A stretch of 64,000 nucleotides of DNA from a virus, in the IMG/VR virus record IMGVR_UViG_3300023171_000008, positions 1 through 64,000 of that record, one strand, 5' to 3'. Position 1 is the first letter of the stretch; each line of letters begins with the position of its first letter. Shown piece after piece: positions 41,946 through 52,518 of this stretch. The notes beneath the pieces are model-generated. The model was given only the letters and a program-made list of their open reading frames with translations, had not been told where the DNA came from and did not search any database. A program made the translations under genes and the position numbers.

Positions 41946-44900
41946 TTATTTAAAAGCTATCCAACCCCAAGATAGATTATTAGTTCCAGATGCAGGGGCT
42001 ACGCTATAAGTTATTATAATGTTTGTTGCATCCCATGTTACAAATTGAATTCCTGCTGAAGCAGCATTTTTTGCATCTGCTCTTGCGTAAGTTGGTGTTA
42101 CTCCTAATCCATGAGGAATATTATATGTAATAGTACTTCCTCCAACTCCACTTTGAGTATTTGTTCCTTTTGTATTTAAACCATCTACATAACCTTTATT
42201 TGCAGCTTGTGTTGCTGTTGTAGGAGTTGGTACTATAGGACTAAAAGTAAATGTTCCTACACCTGTAGTCCTGTCAAAAGATAACCAAGTAGCTGAAAGG
42301 TCATAACTTTGTATAGCTAAATTACTTGTTGTATTAGAAGGCCTTAAGCTGTTAAAATAACCACTTGTAGCAAAAATACGCATTGCTCTGTTTGTTACTC
42401 CCCCTATACTTATTGTATTATCCCCACTAAATACTAAAGTACTACCAATTGTAAAACCACTACTAAAAGTGTTCATTGCAGTCCACGTATTAGTAGAAGC
42501 TAAAGTACCCTTTAAATTTAAAGCAGTTAGAATATTACCACTACTTAGTAAATTAGTGCTTGATGCAGTAGGTACACTATCCGTTAACACAGAAATTACA
42601 GAACCTGTTACATCTATAGGAGTAGTTCCTGTATAAGTAGTTCCTCCTCCACCTCCTGAAATTGTACCTAAATCCGCATAACCATCTACACCTGTATTAA
42701 ATGTAGAACCATTAACTTTAACTCCTATAGTTAAGTTACCTGGACTTGTAGGTATACTTAATGCAGGAGATGTACTATTTAAAACTGTTTGTAAAGTAGT
42801 GCTTTTATAATCATAATCGTAACGCCTGTCAGGAGAACCGCCTGAGTAATAATAACCCCCGTTACCTGTAGGTGTTACGGCTTGAAAATTAGTAAAATCA
42901 TTGTATTTAACAATATACAATTTACCATTAACCGAGTTTAATTCTTCATTTAAATAAATAAAACCCTCTTTAGAAATACTATTGTTGTCAGTAATTCTCG
43001 TTGTTGTTGAGCCTGAAAAATTACTAATAGGTACACTTTCTTTTACAGTTAAATCAGATGTATCTATGCGTATTAACAAATGATTTGTTGTCGTGCCTGC
43101 TGTTGCTGTATGTATAATTAATTGACCTTGAAACAAACCTATCCAGTGAGGGTAAATAGTCATTCCTGACGTTGCTCCGGTGCTTACCCTTGTACTTGGC
43201 ATGTTTCTAACTAACTTACCACTTATAGCGTTATAAACATCTAAACCTATAAAGTTATTTAATATATCAGTAGTCCCTGTGGTATATGTGGGGATATAAA
43301 TATCTCCTTTGTATAAACAAAACGGTACACTTGATAAAAGTCTTTTAGTTGATCCTGTGCTTAAAGTTGACGATAATATAGTTAAATTATCAAGATTTAA
43401 ATCAGTTCTAACTAATGAACCACCTGTAGTTGATGACGTAGATAAAACTGAAAATACACCATCATCTGAAACTTGTATATCTCCTGTACTTCCAGCAATT
43501 CCTGTTAACTCAATAACTTTAAAATCGTTTAAATTATAAGGATTTATTTTTATTAGTTGCGTTTTAGCTAATGCCGCATCTACTCCAAGTCTTGTATTCA
43601 TATACAAATACTCTTTGTAAAACCTGCAACCATGAACTGCATACATATTGTTGCCTGAATCTCTGTAAACTAAATCTGTATATTCTTTGTAGTCGAAATC
43701 AATAATTTTTATAACTCCATCCTGCATGTCTGCTTTTAAAATAAGCACATACAAATTAGCACCTGTAGTATAACTGGTAGTACCATGTATAATTATATCA
43801 TTACCATTTACATAAACCCAATTAGTTAATAGTCTTGGATATGTAGCGCGACTTGGAACGTAAGGGGTAATATCTAAATATCTTTCTACTCCATCGCTGC
43901 CAATATAATACATACTACGCCCATCAAATAAATTGTTAGGCACGTCATATTTAAATAAACTGTTTGCGATAAATAAATCATCTGATAACCCTGTGTGTCC
44001 TGTGATATCTTCAAGTAAAGCTATCTCTCCGTCTTTATCAGGTAAATAATAATCATGCGATTCAGTCATTAAAGATCTGCTTAAACCTACAGCAATTCCA
44101 GTTTTATCACCAAAAAGAAATCTTGTTCCGTTGTCAGATAAAGAAGATAAATAATCTGTGCCATCTGTAAAATTAATAGTAGCCCCTGAAGCTCCATAAT
44201 CAATATTTACATCCCCAGTAACAGGATTGTCTTCTGTAGTACCTGTAATTGGTATAAACTGACTGCCTAATTGAGTATCTAAATCAATATTACCGTTTAA
44301 ATCTGCTTCTACACCATTTACGGTTAAAGCATTATATTTCCCGTTTACCTTAAAATCAGGCTGTGATATATCTAAATTAAATTCGTCGTTGAAACTAAAA
44401 ATAGCCTGGTCAGCAGGATTGCCTCCTTTAAATATAGCAGCTCTTTCATTATCGAATATTATGTCATTATTATTACCTGTATGATTTCCGTTGCTTAAAA
44501 CGCTCTCAAGGTTTTGTGATACTCCACTCCCAGATATTGTTAAAGGTATTACACCATTAGTCCCTGCTCTTACAGCAATGGCACCATTTACAGAAATACC
44601 TAAAGCTAAAGTATTATTAACAATTTCTGAGTTAGGTAGTTCATAAAACTTAGCTGTTCCTGTTAAGTTGTTAGAACCTATTTTACCCTGTACTCCTGTA
44701 GGACTTGTTTTTAAAGTTAGTCCTGAAGTATCTAACGTACCTGAAACTGTATTTGCTCCTCCTGTATACGATACATTAACTGCTCCTGTAGTTATTATTG
44801 TTTTACCTGAAGGTGCAATTAGATTTATAGAATTATTAGCAGTATTACCTAAAGCAAGAACACTTGCTAAATCCTGCCCTGGACTAACTTCACTATTTGT

Positions 44901-45689
44901 ACTTGTTGCAAAATCTTCTGTAACTAATTGTTCTCCTGACCCTCCATATATACCATTTTCTCCTATAAACTGAACTAAATATAATACCCCTTCTTGTGTA
45001 TAGCTGAAGTAATATATTAATTCATCATTAGATAAATCTCTTGAAACACTATTTGCTGCTGTTACATAATCTCCATCAGCTAATTCTCCTAAAGATATAG
45101 TACGAGTATTAGGGTCATTCGTAACATCTTCTACAGTAGTTGCATTAGAACTAAGTAATTTAAACATTGATGCACTTGTAGCTGTTCCTGTAGGGTTTAT
45201 ACCTGTACTATTTCCCCATACCCCCGTACCACCTATAAACGCATATACTAAACGATTACTATTACCATTAGCTAAATTTTCAGTAACTTGTATATATACA
45301 GGTTTAGTAGTTTCTGTAACTGTAAATGAACCATTAGGTATTCTATTATTTTGATTTATAAAAGTTTGGATATTATTACCAACAGTAGTATTAAATTGAG
45401 CGGTATAATTTACAAATAAACCAGTATGATTAATAATAGGTTTTTTTGCTACTAAATTAATATCTTCTATTCCATTTTCAAACCAATATTCAACTACATG
45501 ACCCCCTATAAAATATAATCCAGAAGAATCATAAATAGGATTCTCTACAATAAGAACAGTTCTACCTACCTCTCTTAAATTAGCTGTTGCTGTTAATGCA
45601 TCTTGTATAGTTGCATAAGGACCTTTTTGTTTATCAGCACTTGCATTAGGATTTACTACTTTTAATTTTTCTGTTATTTCAAAAGCCAT
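41946..45689 (-). CDS. Tail fibre / receptor-binding protein
   Basis: 1247 aa T/G/S/N-rich; QxLxxVLxxGN repeats; AANKGYVD; C-terminal IPHGLGVTP domain. Confidence 0.7.
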   Translation of the reverse strand: MAFEITEKLKVVNPNASADKQKGPYATIQDALTATANLREVGRTVLIVENPIYDSSGLYFIGGHVVEYWFENGIEDINLVAKKPIINHTGLFVNYTAQFNTTVGNNIQTFINQNNRIPNGSFTVTETTKPVYIQVTENLANGNSNRLVYAFIGGTGVWGNSTGINPTGTATSASMFKLLSSNATTVEDVTNDPNTRTISLGELADGDYVTAANSVSRDLSNDELIYYFSYTQEGVLYLVQFIGENGIYGGSGEQLVTEDFATSTNSEVSPGQDLASVLALGNTANNSINLIAPSGKTIITTGAVNVSYTGGANTVSGTLDTSGLTLKTSPTGVQGKIGSNNLTGTAKFYELPNSEIVNNTLALGISVNGAIAVRAGTNGVIPLTISGSGVSQNLESVLSNGNHTGNNNDIIFDNERAAIFKGGNPADQAIFSFNDEFNLDISQPDFKVNGKYNALTVNGVEADLNGNIDLDTQLGSQFIPITGTTEDNPVTGDVNIDYGASGATINFTDGTDYLSSLSDNGTRFLFGDKTGIAVGLSRSLMTESHDYYLPDKDGEIALLEDITGHTGLSDDLFIANSLFKYDVPNNLFDGRSMYYIGSDGVERYLDITPYVPSRATYPRLLTNWVYVNGNDIIIHGTTSYTTGANLYVLILKADMQDGVIKIIDFDYKEYTDLVYRDSGNNMYAVHGCRFYKEYLYMNTRLGVDAALAKTQLIKINPYNLNDFKVIELTGIAGSTGDIQVSDDGVFSVLSTSSTTGGSLVRTDLNLDNLTILSSTLSTGSTKRLLSSVPFCLYKGDIYIPTYTTGTTDILNNFIGLDVYNAISGKLVRNMPSTRVSTGATSGMTIYPHWIGLFQGQLIIHTATAGTTTNHLLIRIDTSDLTVKESVPISNFSGSTTTRITDNNSISKEGFIYLNEELNSVNGKLYIVKYNDFTNFQAVTPTGNGGYYYSGGSPDRRYDYDYKSTTLQTVLNSTSPALSIPTSPGNLTIGVKVNGSTFNTGVDGYADLGTISGGGGGTTYTGTTPIDVTGSVISVLTDSVPTASSTNLLSSGNILTALNLKGTLASTNTWTAMNTFSSGFTIGSTLVFSGDNTISIGGVTNRAMRIFATSGYFNSLRPSNTTSNLAIQSYDLSATWLSFDRTTGVGTFTFSPIVPTPTTATQAANKGYVDGLNTKGTNTQSGVGGSTITYNIPHGLGVTPTYARADAKNAASAGIQFVTWDATNIIITYSVAPASGTNNLSWGWIAFK

Positions 45690-45690
45690 A

Positions 45691-47313
45691 TTAAGATATT
45701 GTTACATTGATTGTATAATTGTTACTAAACGGTACAGCATTCTGTAAAGTATAATATTTATATGATACTGAAGTGTTAGCAGCATCTGGTACAGTAGTAA
45801 CTGAATTATCTAATGTAAAAGTTAAAAATTCATTAGTACCTGTATTCTGAGCTGAAACTAGTGTTTTAGTAGAAGGTATTGCAATTACAAATCTTCTATT
45901 AGTTGTTCCTGTAGTAAAACTAAATGTATTACTTGAATTTACTACAGAAGAAGATAATAATGCAGTTCTTAAATTAGTTCCATTAGTAGGGAAAGCACTT
46001 ACGCTTCCACCATATTTTCTATATAATCCCATAATTGTTTGTTCTGGAGAATTAGTTGAACCTGAAGGTATTCTTCCTGTACAGTTTTGTTGACCTAAGT
46101 TATCATTTAAACAACTACCTTGTGCATAAAATACTTTACCTGAATATATAGTCGTTCCATTAGGAACTGTAAGTGTTTCAGTAAATGTACTTGCTGTAGA
46201 TACAGTATTAGCATTTTTATATATTATTTGGCTAGTTGGATTACCACCATTATTTTGAGTATAAAATTGACTAATATTAACTCCTACAGAAGTACCTACT
46301 TCATAACTATTAAATACATTAGGATTTGATTGAATATAAGATACTGGAGTTACATATGTAGGATTTTGTCTTAATAAATCATATATATTACCTATATCAT
46401 CGTTAGCTACTATATCTGTTAGATAAGTATGTTCTGCTTCTTGTAAATGCCATTGCCCTCCTAAAGGGTTTAATATTTGAGCATGAGTAGTAGCGTGTGG
46501 ATTTGCACCAGTTATTTGAGAATGAGTATATGCTGTTTGTGTATAATCTCCTCTACCTGCTGTAGAAGAAGTTGTACCTAATACTAAACCGCTTCCTATT
46601 TGTACATAAGTTGTACCACTCCATCTATAAGCTGTACTTGTATCTGCAGCTACATATATAATATCGGGTTGTCCTGTAGCAGGAAAGTTAGGTCTAGTAG
46701 GATATTCTTGAACTTGATCTATATAACTTGGTAATTGAGCTTCAGGAACTTTACCGTTAACTAAATCTGCTTTAGTTGATAGTTTTGCATCAAGATGTAT
46801 CTTTTGAACGTAATCTAAGCTCTGTATTCCACTGGAATGGTCTATAGTAGAACTAATACCTCTTGTAGTACTATCTATTGTTATAGCTCCTATATTAGCT
46901 TTACCAGCTCCTGTAATAGTTGATTTAGAAGTACCTGTTGCATCTTTTATATTAAGTGTCCAAATTCCAGATGTTTTAATTAATTCTAAAGATTGTGGTT
47001 CTGATCCAGCTTTAAATATTACATTTCCTGTTACTGGTTGTGATTGAGTAGTACCTGTTAAAGGAATATAATCTGCATTAATATCATTAACATCTATTGT
47101 TTTAAGAACTAAATCAGCATCTGCAATACCATCTTTAAACCAGTATTCTACAGCACTTCCATTTTCCATTATTACTACAGTTCTACCTTCTTTACGTAAG
47201 TTTGCTGTAGCTACTAAAGCTTCTGATATTGAGTTATAAGGACCTTTTAAAGCATCTACATCTGTAGAGGGATTTACTATTTTTACCTGTGTGGTTAAAT
47301 CAAATGTTGGCAT
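45691..47313 (-). CDS. Tail/head fibre protein
   Basis: KADLVNGKVPEAQLPSY..V.EY...FPATG...IY....YRWSG fibre motif. Confidence 0.7.
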   Translation of the reverse strand: MPTFDLTTQVKIVNPSTDVDALKGPYNSISEALVATANLRKEGRTVVIMENGSAVEYWFKDGIADADLVLKTIDVNDINADYIPLTGTTQSQPVTGNVIFKAGSEPQSLELIKTSGIWTLNIKDATGTSKSTITGAGKANIGAITIDSTTRGISSTIDHSSGIQSLDYVQKIHLDAKLSTKADLVNGKVPEAQLPSYIDQVQEYPTRPNFPATGQPDIIYVAADTSTAYRWSGTTYVQIGSGLVLGTTSSTAGRGDYTQTAYTHSQITGANPHATTHAQILNPLGGQWHLQEAEHTYLTDIVANDDIGNIYDLLRQNPTYVTPVSYIQSNPNVFNSYEVGTSVGVNISQFYTQNNGGNPTSQIIYKNANTVSTASTFTETLTVPNGTTIYSGKVFYAQGSCLNDNLGQQNCTGRIPSGSTNSPEQTIMGLYRKYGGSVSAFPTNGTNLRTALLSSSVVNSSNTFSFTTGTTNRRFVIAIPSTKTLVSAQNTGTNEFLTFTLDNSVTTVPDAANTSVSYKYYTLQNAVPFSNNYTINVTIS

Positions 47314-47314
47314 A

Positions 47315-48154
47315 TTATATTATTGTTACGTTTAAAGTATAGTTTGAACTGAATGGAACTGCATTTTCTAAAACATAAACTTTATAAGCCTGATTTGTAC
47401 CACTTGCATCTGGAATAAAGCTAATAGTATTATATGTTATAAAATTTAAAAATTCGTTTGTTCCTGTATTCTGTACTGATATTAATGTTTTATTACCAGG
47501 TATAGCTATTAAAAATCTTTTATTGGTAGTACCAGTATTAAATGTAAAATTATTAGCTGTATTTAAAACTGAACTCGATAATAATTTATTTCTTAATTCT
47601 GTTCCACTTATAGGAAAATTATCTATTGATCCACTATATCTTCTTAAGGCTCCTGATATTGTTTTAATTGGAGATATTACAGTTCCTGCTGGTATTTGAT
47701 TAGTACAATCTATATTACCTAGGTTATTAGTTTTATTACATAATCCCTGACTATAATTTACATAACCTCCATATACTACATTTGATGAAGTTATAAATAA
47801 ATTTTCTGTAAAGGTATTTGTGTTAGTTACAATTGTACCGTTTTTAGTTATAAATTCAGATGTTTTATTACCTGCATCATTTTTATTAAATGTCTGAGTT
47901 ATATTAATTACTTGAGTAGACCCTATTTCAAAAGTATTAGAATTAATATTTAAACTAGAACTTGGTTGTGTATATGAAGGATGTATGATGGAAGCTTGTA
48001 TTACAGCATCTAATAAATCATATTGACTTTTCTTTAAATGATAAAACTCGTCTGGCTGTAATCCACCTTGTAATCCTGACAGATCATTATGATCTGTTAT
48101 ACCACCTCCACTACCCGAACCACTATTGGGATATACTATTTTTACATAAGCCAT
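47315..48154 (-). CDS. Fibre-associated protein, paralog of the C-terminal half of the 540-aa protein
   Basis: DHNDLSGLQGG...YHL N-terminus; C-terminal domain closely similar to 45691..47313. Confidence 0.65.
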   Translation of the reverse strand: MAYVKIVYPNSGSGSGGGITDHNDLSGLQGGLQPDEFYHLKKSQYDLLDAVIQASIIHPSYTQPSSSLNINSNTFEIGSTQVINITQTFNKNDAGNKTSEFITKNGTIVTNTNTFTENLFITSSNVVYGGYVNYSQGLCNKTNNLGNIDCTNQIPAGTVISPIKTISGALRRYSGSIDNFPISGTELRNKLLSSSVLNTANNFTFNTGTTNKRFLIAIPGNKTLISVQNTGTNEFLNFITYNTISFIPDASGTNQAYKVYVLENAVPFSSNYTLNVTII

Positions 48155-48155
48155 A

Positions 48156-48548
48156 TTAAGTAGTTTGTATTATATAATTTACAAGAGCTTTACTTCCTAA
48201 AGGAACAATAAAGTCTAATTCAAATTGATTTAAATTGGTAAATTCAAGATTGATAGAAGCACCTTGAGGTATTTCTACATTATCATAAACAATATTACCT
48301 CTAACAGCTACTATAGTTATTGCATGAAAAGTATTGGCTGCATAATTAATATTTAAATCTTCAGTAATAGCATCATGTGATTCACTAACTAATGTATTAT
48401 AAGCAATTCCTCCATTATTACAGTTATTTACAGTAGCTATTAATTCTACTAATTTCTGCATATCTTCTGCTTTTAACTTAGTACAGTCTTGAAAAGCATT
48501 TAGTAAATAATTTACTGTATTTGATATTTGATTACATTCTATTGGCAT
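48156..48548 (-). CDS. Putative structural protein
   Basis: 130 aa in the tail cluster. Confidence 0.5.
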   Translation of the reverse strand: MPIECNQISNTVNYLLNAFQDCTKLKAEDMQKLVELIATVNNCNNGGIAYNTLVSESHDAITEDLNINYAANTFHAITIVAVRGNIVYDNVEIPQGASINLEFTNLNQFELDFIVPLGSKALVNYIIQTT

Positions 48549-48557
48549 AATTAATAT

Positions 48558-49082
48558 TTATTTAGGAATTATAGGTATTGTTGGTTGAGGACATATTATT
48601 CTTCTTAATTTCCAACCCGTTGATTCTCTTACACCAGTAATTACTACTGTAAAGGTAGCTGGAAAAGCTTCTGTTTTATTAAAATAAAGTATACCTCTTC
48701 CTGCAGTAGGTTCTTCTGGACTTCTATCAGCTACATCAGATTGAGTAACAATTACTCTTGCTGTTTCTCCAGTATTTTCAAAAACTGTATTATTATATTG
48801 ATATATAGGTATAGTTATATCTGTACCTACTAAACCAAAATAATCAGGAGGATTACCGCGTATACCATCTCCTACATATTTACTATCTTTTATTAATAAT
48901 CCATTATAATATATTTGAAATCTATCTGGTAAATCATTAGCATCATATTCTACACCTGTATAACCTGTTCCTGTTCCTATAGTGATGTCTACTTGATATA
49001 TACCTTTTGATCCATTAAAATCTAAAGATCCACCACAAGCTATTGTAGTGTCTTTTAATTTTGTTATTGTCATTGTCGCCAT
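48558..49082 (-). CDS. Putative structural (beta-sandwich) protein
   Basis: 174 aa; PDRFQIYYNG...DSKYVG. Confidence 0.5.
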   Translation of the reverse strand: MATMTITKLKDTTIACGGSLDFNGSKGIYQVDITIGTGTGYTGVEYDANDLPDRFQIYYNGLLIKDSKYVGDGIRGNPPDYFGLVGTDITIPIYQYNNTVFENTGETARVIVTQSDVADRSPEEPTAGRGILYFNKTEAFPATFTVVITGVRESTGWKLRRIICPQPTIPIIPK

Positions 49083-50065
49083 TATTCTGAGTATTGCATT
49101 GAACCTATATCTGATACTACATAATTAAATGTAACTATGTATTCATCTTTAATACTAGATAAAGGATAATATTTTAGTAATTGTGTTTCTAATGTAGCTA
49201 ATAATATTTCTTGACCTATGAATGCAGGAATATCATTATAAGTTAAATTACCTAATGCTGGTAAACTTAATATTTTTAAAGCATATGGTTCATCTAATTC
49301 AGGATCGTGATAAGTAGGATTAGTATTAATTGTAAAATCTTCTTTAACAAAAGTTATAATTTCATCATGTATAATAACTTTATTATTATCTCCAACTGAA
49401 TCAGGTGGTAAATTCAATATTTCATTATAAACTAAAGTTATATTTTTGTCAATACTAAATAAAGTATTAAAATTATTATCACTTATTTTAAATGTAATAA
49501 CTTCTGTAATAAGATCTTCAGTATTCCTTTGATAACTTAAATTAATTACATTAGTAATATTAAATATAAAATTTAAAGTTACAGGTTCATTATTATAATA
49601 TAAAGTTCCATATAAAGGTAATGCTGTAATCATTATGTCTTTAGCTAAATCACTTTCTTTATCAAAATAATCTTTAGTAAACATTGATCTTGTAAAATAA
49701 AATGATTGTCCTATTTCTAAATCAATATTTTCTACTATCACATTATCTACAACAGGTGGTGTATTTATAACTATTAAATTACTATTATTAGGATTACAAT
49801 CTTTACATCCAACTAAATTAGTATATATACTTCTCTGTTCTCTATATTTACAAATATCTTTATCAGTATTTTCAAAATAGATTAATAAATTTTTAAGTTT
49901 ATTTAAAGTTATATTATTATAACAAGATGGACAATCGTATATAAATTCATTAATTATATCTACTAATAATAAAGTTTTAAAATCTAATGTACCATAAGAA
50001 CTAGCTCTATTTAACTTTTTATATAAAGAACCTATTAATGTTTTAAAACTAGTTATCTCATTCAT
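49082..50065 (-). CDS. Tail hub-like protein with two cadherin/Ig-like repeats
   Basis: Helical CxxC N-terminus; repeats D.E.D....I..LP..G.L.YN. Confidence 0.55.
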   Translation of the reverse strand: MNEITSFKTLIGSLYKKLNRASSYGTLDFKTLLLVDIINEFIYDCPSCYNNITLNKLKNLLIYFENTDKDICKYREQRSIYTNLVGCKDCNPNNSNLIVINTPPVVDNVIVENIDLEIGQSFYFTRSMFTKDYFDKESDLAKDIMITALPLYGTLYYNNEPVTLNFIFNITNVINLSYQRNTEDLITEVITFKISDNNFNTLFSIDKNITLVYNEILNLPPDSVGDNNKVIIHDEIITFVKEDFTINTNPTYHDPELDEPYALKILSLPALGNLTYNDIPAFIGQEILLATLETQLLKYYPLSSIKDEYIVTFNYVVSDIGSMQYSE

Positions 50066-50667
50066 TATACTAAAATTAAATTATTATCTAATATTCCAAA
50101 ATTTAAATTACTATTATAAATTGGATCTCTAAGTTTTCTACAACTAATACAATCTACATTTGATATTAATTTCTTAAGTTTCTTATATAAATAAATAGCT
50201 TCTTCATAATATCCTAATTGCAAAGATGTACATATACCCTTATTAATTAAATATAAGTTAGTTATATTGTCAATATTGTCATGATTATTTCTACAACCAA
50301 CACAATCTTCTAATTCTAATATTCTATCTAATATATAAGATTTAACATTATTTAAATTAGCAGCAATTCCTATAACAGCATTTTGACATGATACACAGTC
50401 ACTATCTTCTACATAATTAGAAGTTATTTCTAAAAACCATATACCATTAAAAGAATTAATATTTATATCATTAGTTGTAATAATAAAAACTTCATTATTA
50501 CTAGTTTGTTCCAATTTAAAACTTACATCAATTGCAGTACTATAATCTTTAAATGTATTTTCATTCCATAATAACACTTTAGTAATTATAGAATTTACAT
50601 TTGTAGTAATGTCTACATTTATATTAGTAGCGTCATTATTTATTGATAAATTGTTAATATATATCAT
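50065..50667 (-). CDS. Tail hub-like protein
   Basis: Three CxxC motifs; follows the auxiliary capsid gene as in crAss synteny. Confidence 0.55.
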   Translation of the reverse strand: MIYINNLSINNDATNINVDITTNVNSIITKVLLWNENTFKDYSTAIDVSFKLEQTSNNEVFIITTNDININSFNGIWFLEITSNYVEDSDCVSCQNAVIGIAANLNNVKSYILDRILELEDCVGCRNNHDNIDNITNLYLINKGICTSLQLGYYEEAIYLYKKLKKLISNVDCISCRKLRDPIYNSNLNFGILDNNLILV

Positions 50668-50677
50668 ATGATTGCAT

Positions 50678-50714
50678 AAAAAAAGAGGAGCAAGTTAATT
50701 ACTCTACTCCTCTT
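50678..50714 (-). terminator. Intrinsic terminator
   Basis: AAGAGGAG/CTCCTCTT stem plus T-tract on the - strand. Confidence 0.75.
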
Positions 50715-50733
50715 ATTATTTTAAGATTAATTA

Positions 50734-51732
50734 TTAAACTACTGCAAGATTTGCAGGTACTTCAGCATATGTTCCAATTGCAGTACGAAGATCTGCAAGT
50801 ACTGCGTTAGTAGCAGCATTTTGTGCTAGCGTGTCAGCAGATTTTTGCACTAATATATGTAGTACTTTGTACTGACGTTCTACAATAGTAGATTTACGTG
50901 GCTCATAGTATTTAAGTGCAATTACATTATATATACCGTCTTTAGCGGTATAAAATGGAGCACGACTAAATAGATCTGCAGGAATACCCATACCATGATC
51001 TGCATCATAGTCAAATCCTTTAACAAACCATTCGTAATTAGTTGCCCATTTACCAGTACCATTTCCAACTACACCTTGAGTTGTAACTGTTGAAGTAAGT
51101 AGACCTAAGTTACTGTTATAACCAGCAAAAGCATTTTCATATACTTTACCAACTACTTCAAAACCTAGTTTACGACCATCGTCTCTACCTGGGTTGTTAA
51201 CTTGAATTACTTCAGCTACTTGAATGCCTGTACCATTAGCAGTTGCAACGAATTCACGATTACCTCTACGACCCAAATTTCCATTTAGTGAAGCAAGTAG
51301 TCCATCACGAATTACAGTTGCAGTAGGAGCTACAGCACCAGTTACATAATAACCTTGAATTACTTCAAAGTTTTCAGATGAAAGTTGGTCAAATAGACGT
51401 ACTTCAATTTCGTAAGTACGATTAGCAGCAGCTACTCCACCAGTTGCAAAACCATCTACTTTAACTACTTTAGCAACTTCAGCCTGATAAGGTCTAACTG
51501 TTACTTTATCAACATAACGAGGATTGATTTTATCACTAAATTCATAACCTCCTAATGCAGCAGAAGCTTTTTGTAAAACCTTGAATGGTTTACCTACTCC
51601 TACGTTCGTACCATCTGCCGATAGTACTTTAATTTCTTTATCTGTTGCAGATGCAACAAATGTATCAATAGTAGTTTCTGTTGCTACAGCGTTACCTACT
51701 ATAATTCGATTTACCTGGTCGGTGCTAAACAT
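50734..51732 (-). CDS. Auxiliary capsid protein
   Basis: MFSTDQV, SDKI, GNGTGK...YEWF; size and position match the crAss auxiliary capsid protein; followed by a terminator. Confidence 0.7.
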   Translation of the reverse strand: MFSTDQVNRIIVGNAVATETTIDTFVASATDKEIKVLSADGTNVGVGKPFKVLQKASAALGGYEFSDKINPRYVDKVTVRPYQAEVAKVVKVDGFATGGVAAANRTYEIEVRLFDQLSSENFEVIQGYYVTGAVAPTATVIRDGLLASLNGNLGRRGNREFVATANGTGIQVAEVIQVNNPGRDDGRKLGFEVVGKVYENAFAGYNSNLGLLTSTVTTQGVVGNGTGKWATNYEWFVKGFDYDADHGMGIPADLFSRAPFYTAKDGIYNVIALKYYEPRKSTIVERQYKVLHILVQKSADTLAQNAATNAVLADLRTAIGTYAEVPANLAVV

Positions 51733-51771
51733 TGATTAAAATGTATTTAATTAATAATATATAATTGATTT

Positions 51772-52518
51772 TTATTCATTACGAACATCTAATTGAACTT
51801 TGGACTGTAAGTCATTTACCTTATAGTCTCTAATTGCAAGTTCAATAGCTCTATCTAATATTTCTCGATGGATAGAATCATCTAATTCTGAAGTTAAAGG
51901 TAAAGATTCTCCATCTATAGTTAAACTTTCCAATGGATAAAGAATAGTTAAATCTCCTAATATAATAGGTTTAGGATTTTTTAAATATCTTAATCTATAT
52001 TCTAAACTTCCAGTTATATTAAATGGTGATATAATTTCAACAACTTGATTAGAGTTAACATTTGAAATATCTAATCTCCAAGCTTTACTTGTATCAGGAC
52101 GTTTAAAAGGATTATTTATTTGAGTATTATATTCATCATATGAAGTAGGTTTAACTTCTATAATTGAATTATTATGACAATCATTAGAAGTTATTTTAAC
52201 TTGCTCATTTACAATTAAAAATAAATCTGTAGGTAATACAAAGTATTTAGCTTGATTACTTATATTAGAAGAATCTGTAATTGAATTAGTTGTTTTATAA
52301 TCTTTAATTAATTGTCTTAAATCATTACGCCTTTTCTCAGAAGCTTCAAAACCTTTTCCTTTACGATTACTTAATGGATCATAATAATTTTTAACAAGTT
52401 GTTGTTGGGCAGTCGTGAGATAAACAGACTTCTCATATACATCTATAGGTGGAGCAGAAGCTCCTGCAATACTATTATATCCAATATCAAATTCTAATCC
52501 AAATTCTTCTACTGTCAT
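51772..52518 (-). CDS. Tail ring protein (R3-like)
   Basis: EF...FD..YN, YEKSVYLT.AQ, P.PIIL, HREILDRAIELA. Confidence 0.75.
   Translation of the reverse strand: MTVEEFGLEFDIGYNSIAGASAPPIDVYEKSVYLTTAQQQLVKNYYDPLSNRKGKGFEASEKRRNDLRQLIKDYKTTNSITDSSNISNQAKYFVLPTDLFLIVNEQVKITSNDCHNNSIIEVKPTSYDEYNTQINNPFKRPDTSKAWRLDISNVNSNQVVEIISPFNITGSLEYRLRYLKNPKPIILGDLTILYPLESLTIDGESLPLTSELDDSIHREILDRAIELAIRDYKVNDLQSKVQLDVRNE

Noticed and set aside
45691-48154. Diversity-generating retroelement TR/VR pair
   Set aside because: Similarity is at protein level with differences at all bases; no reverse transcriptase in the window.
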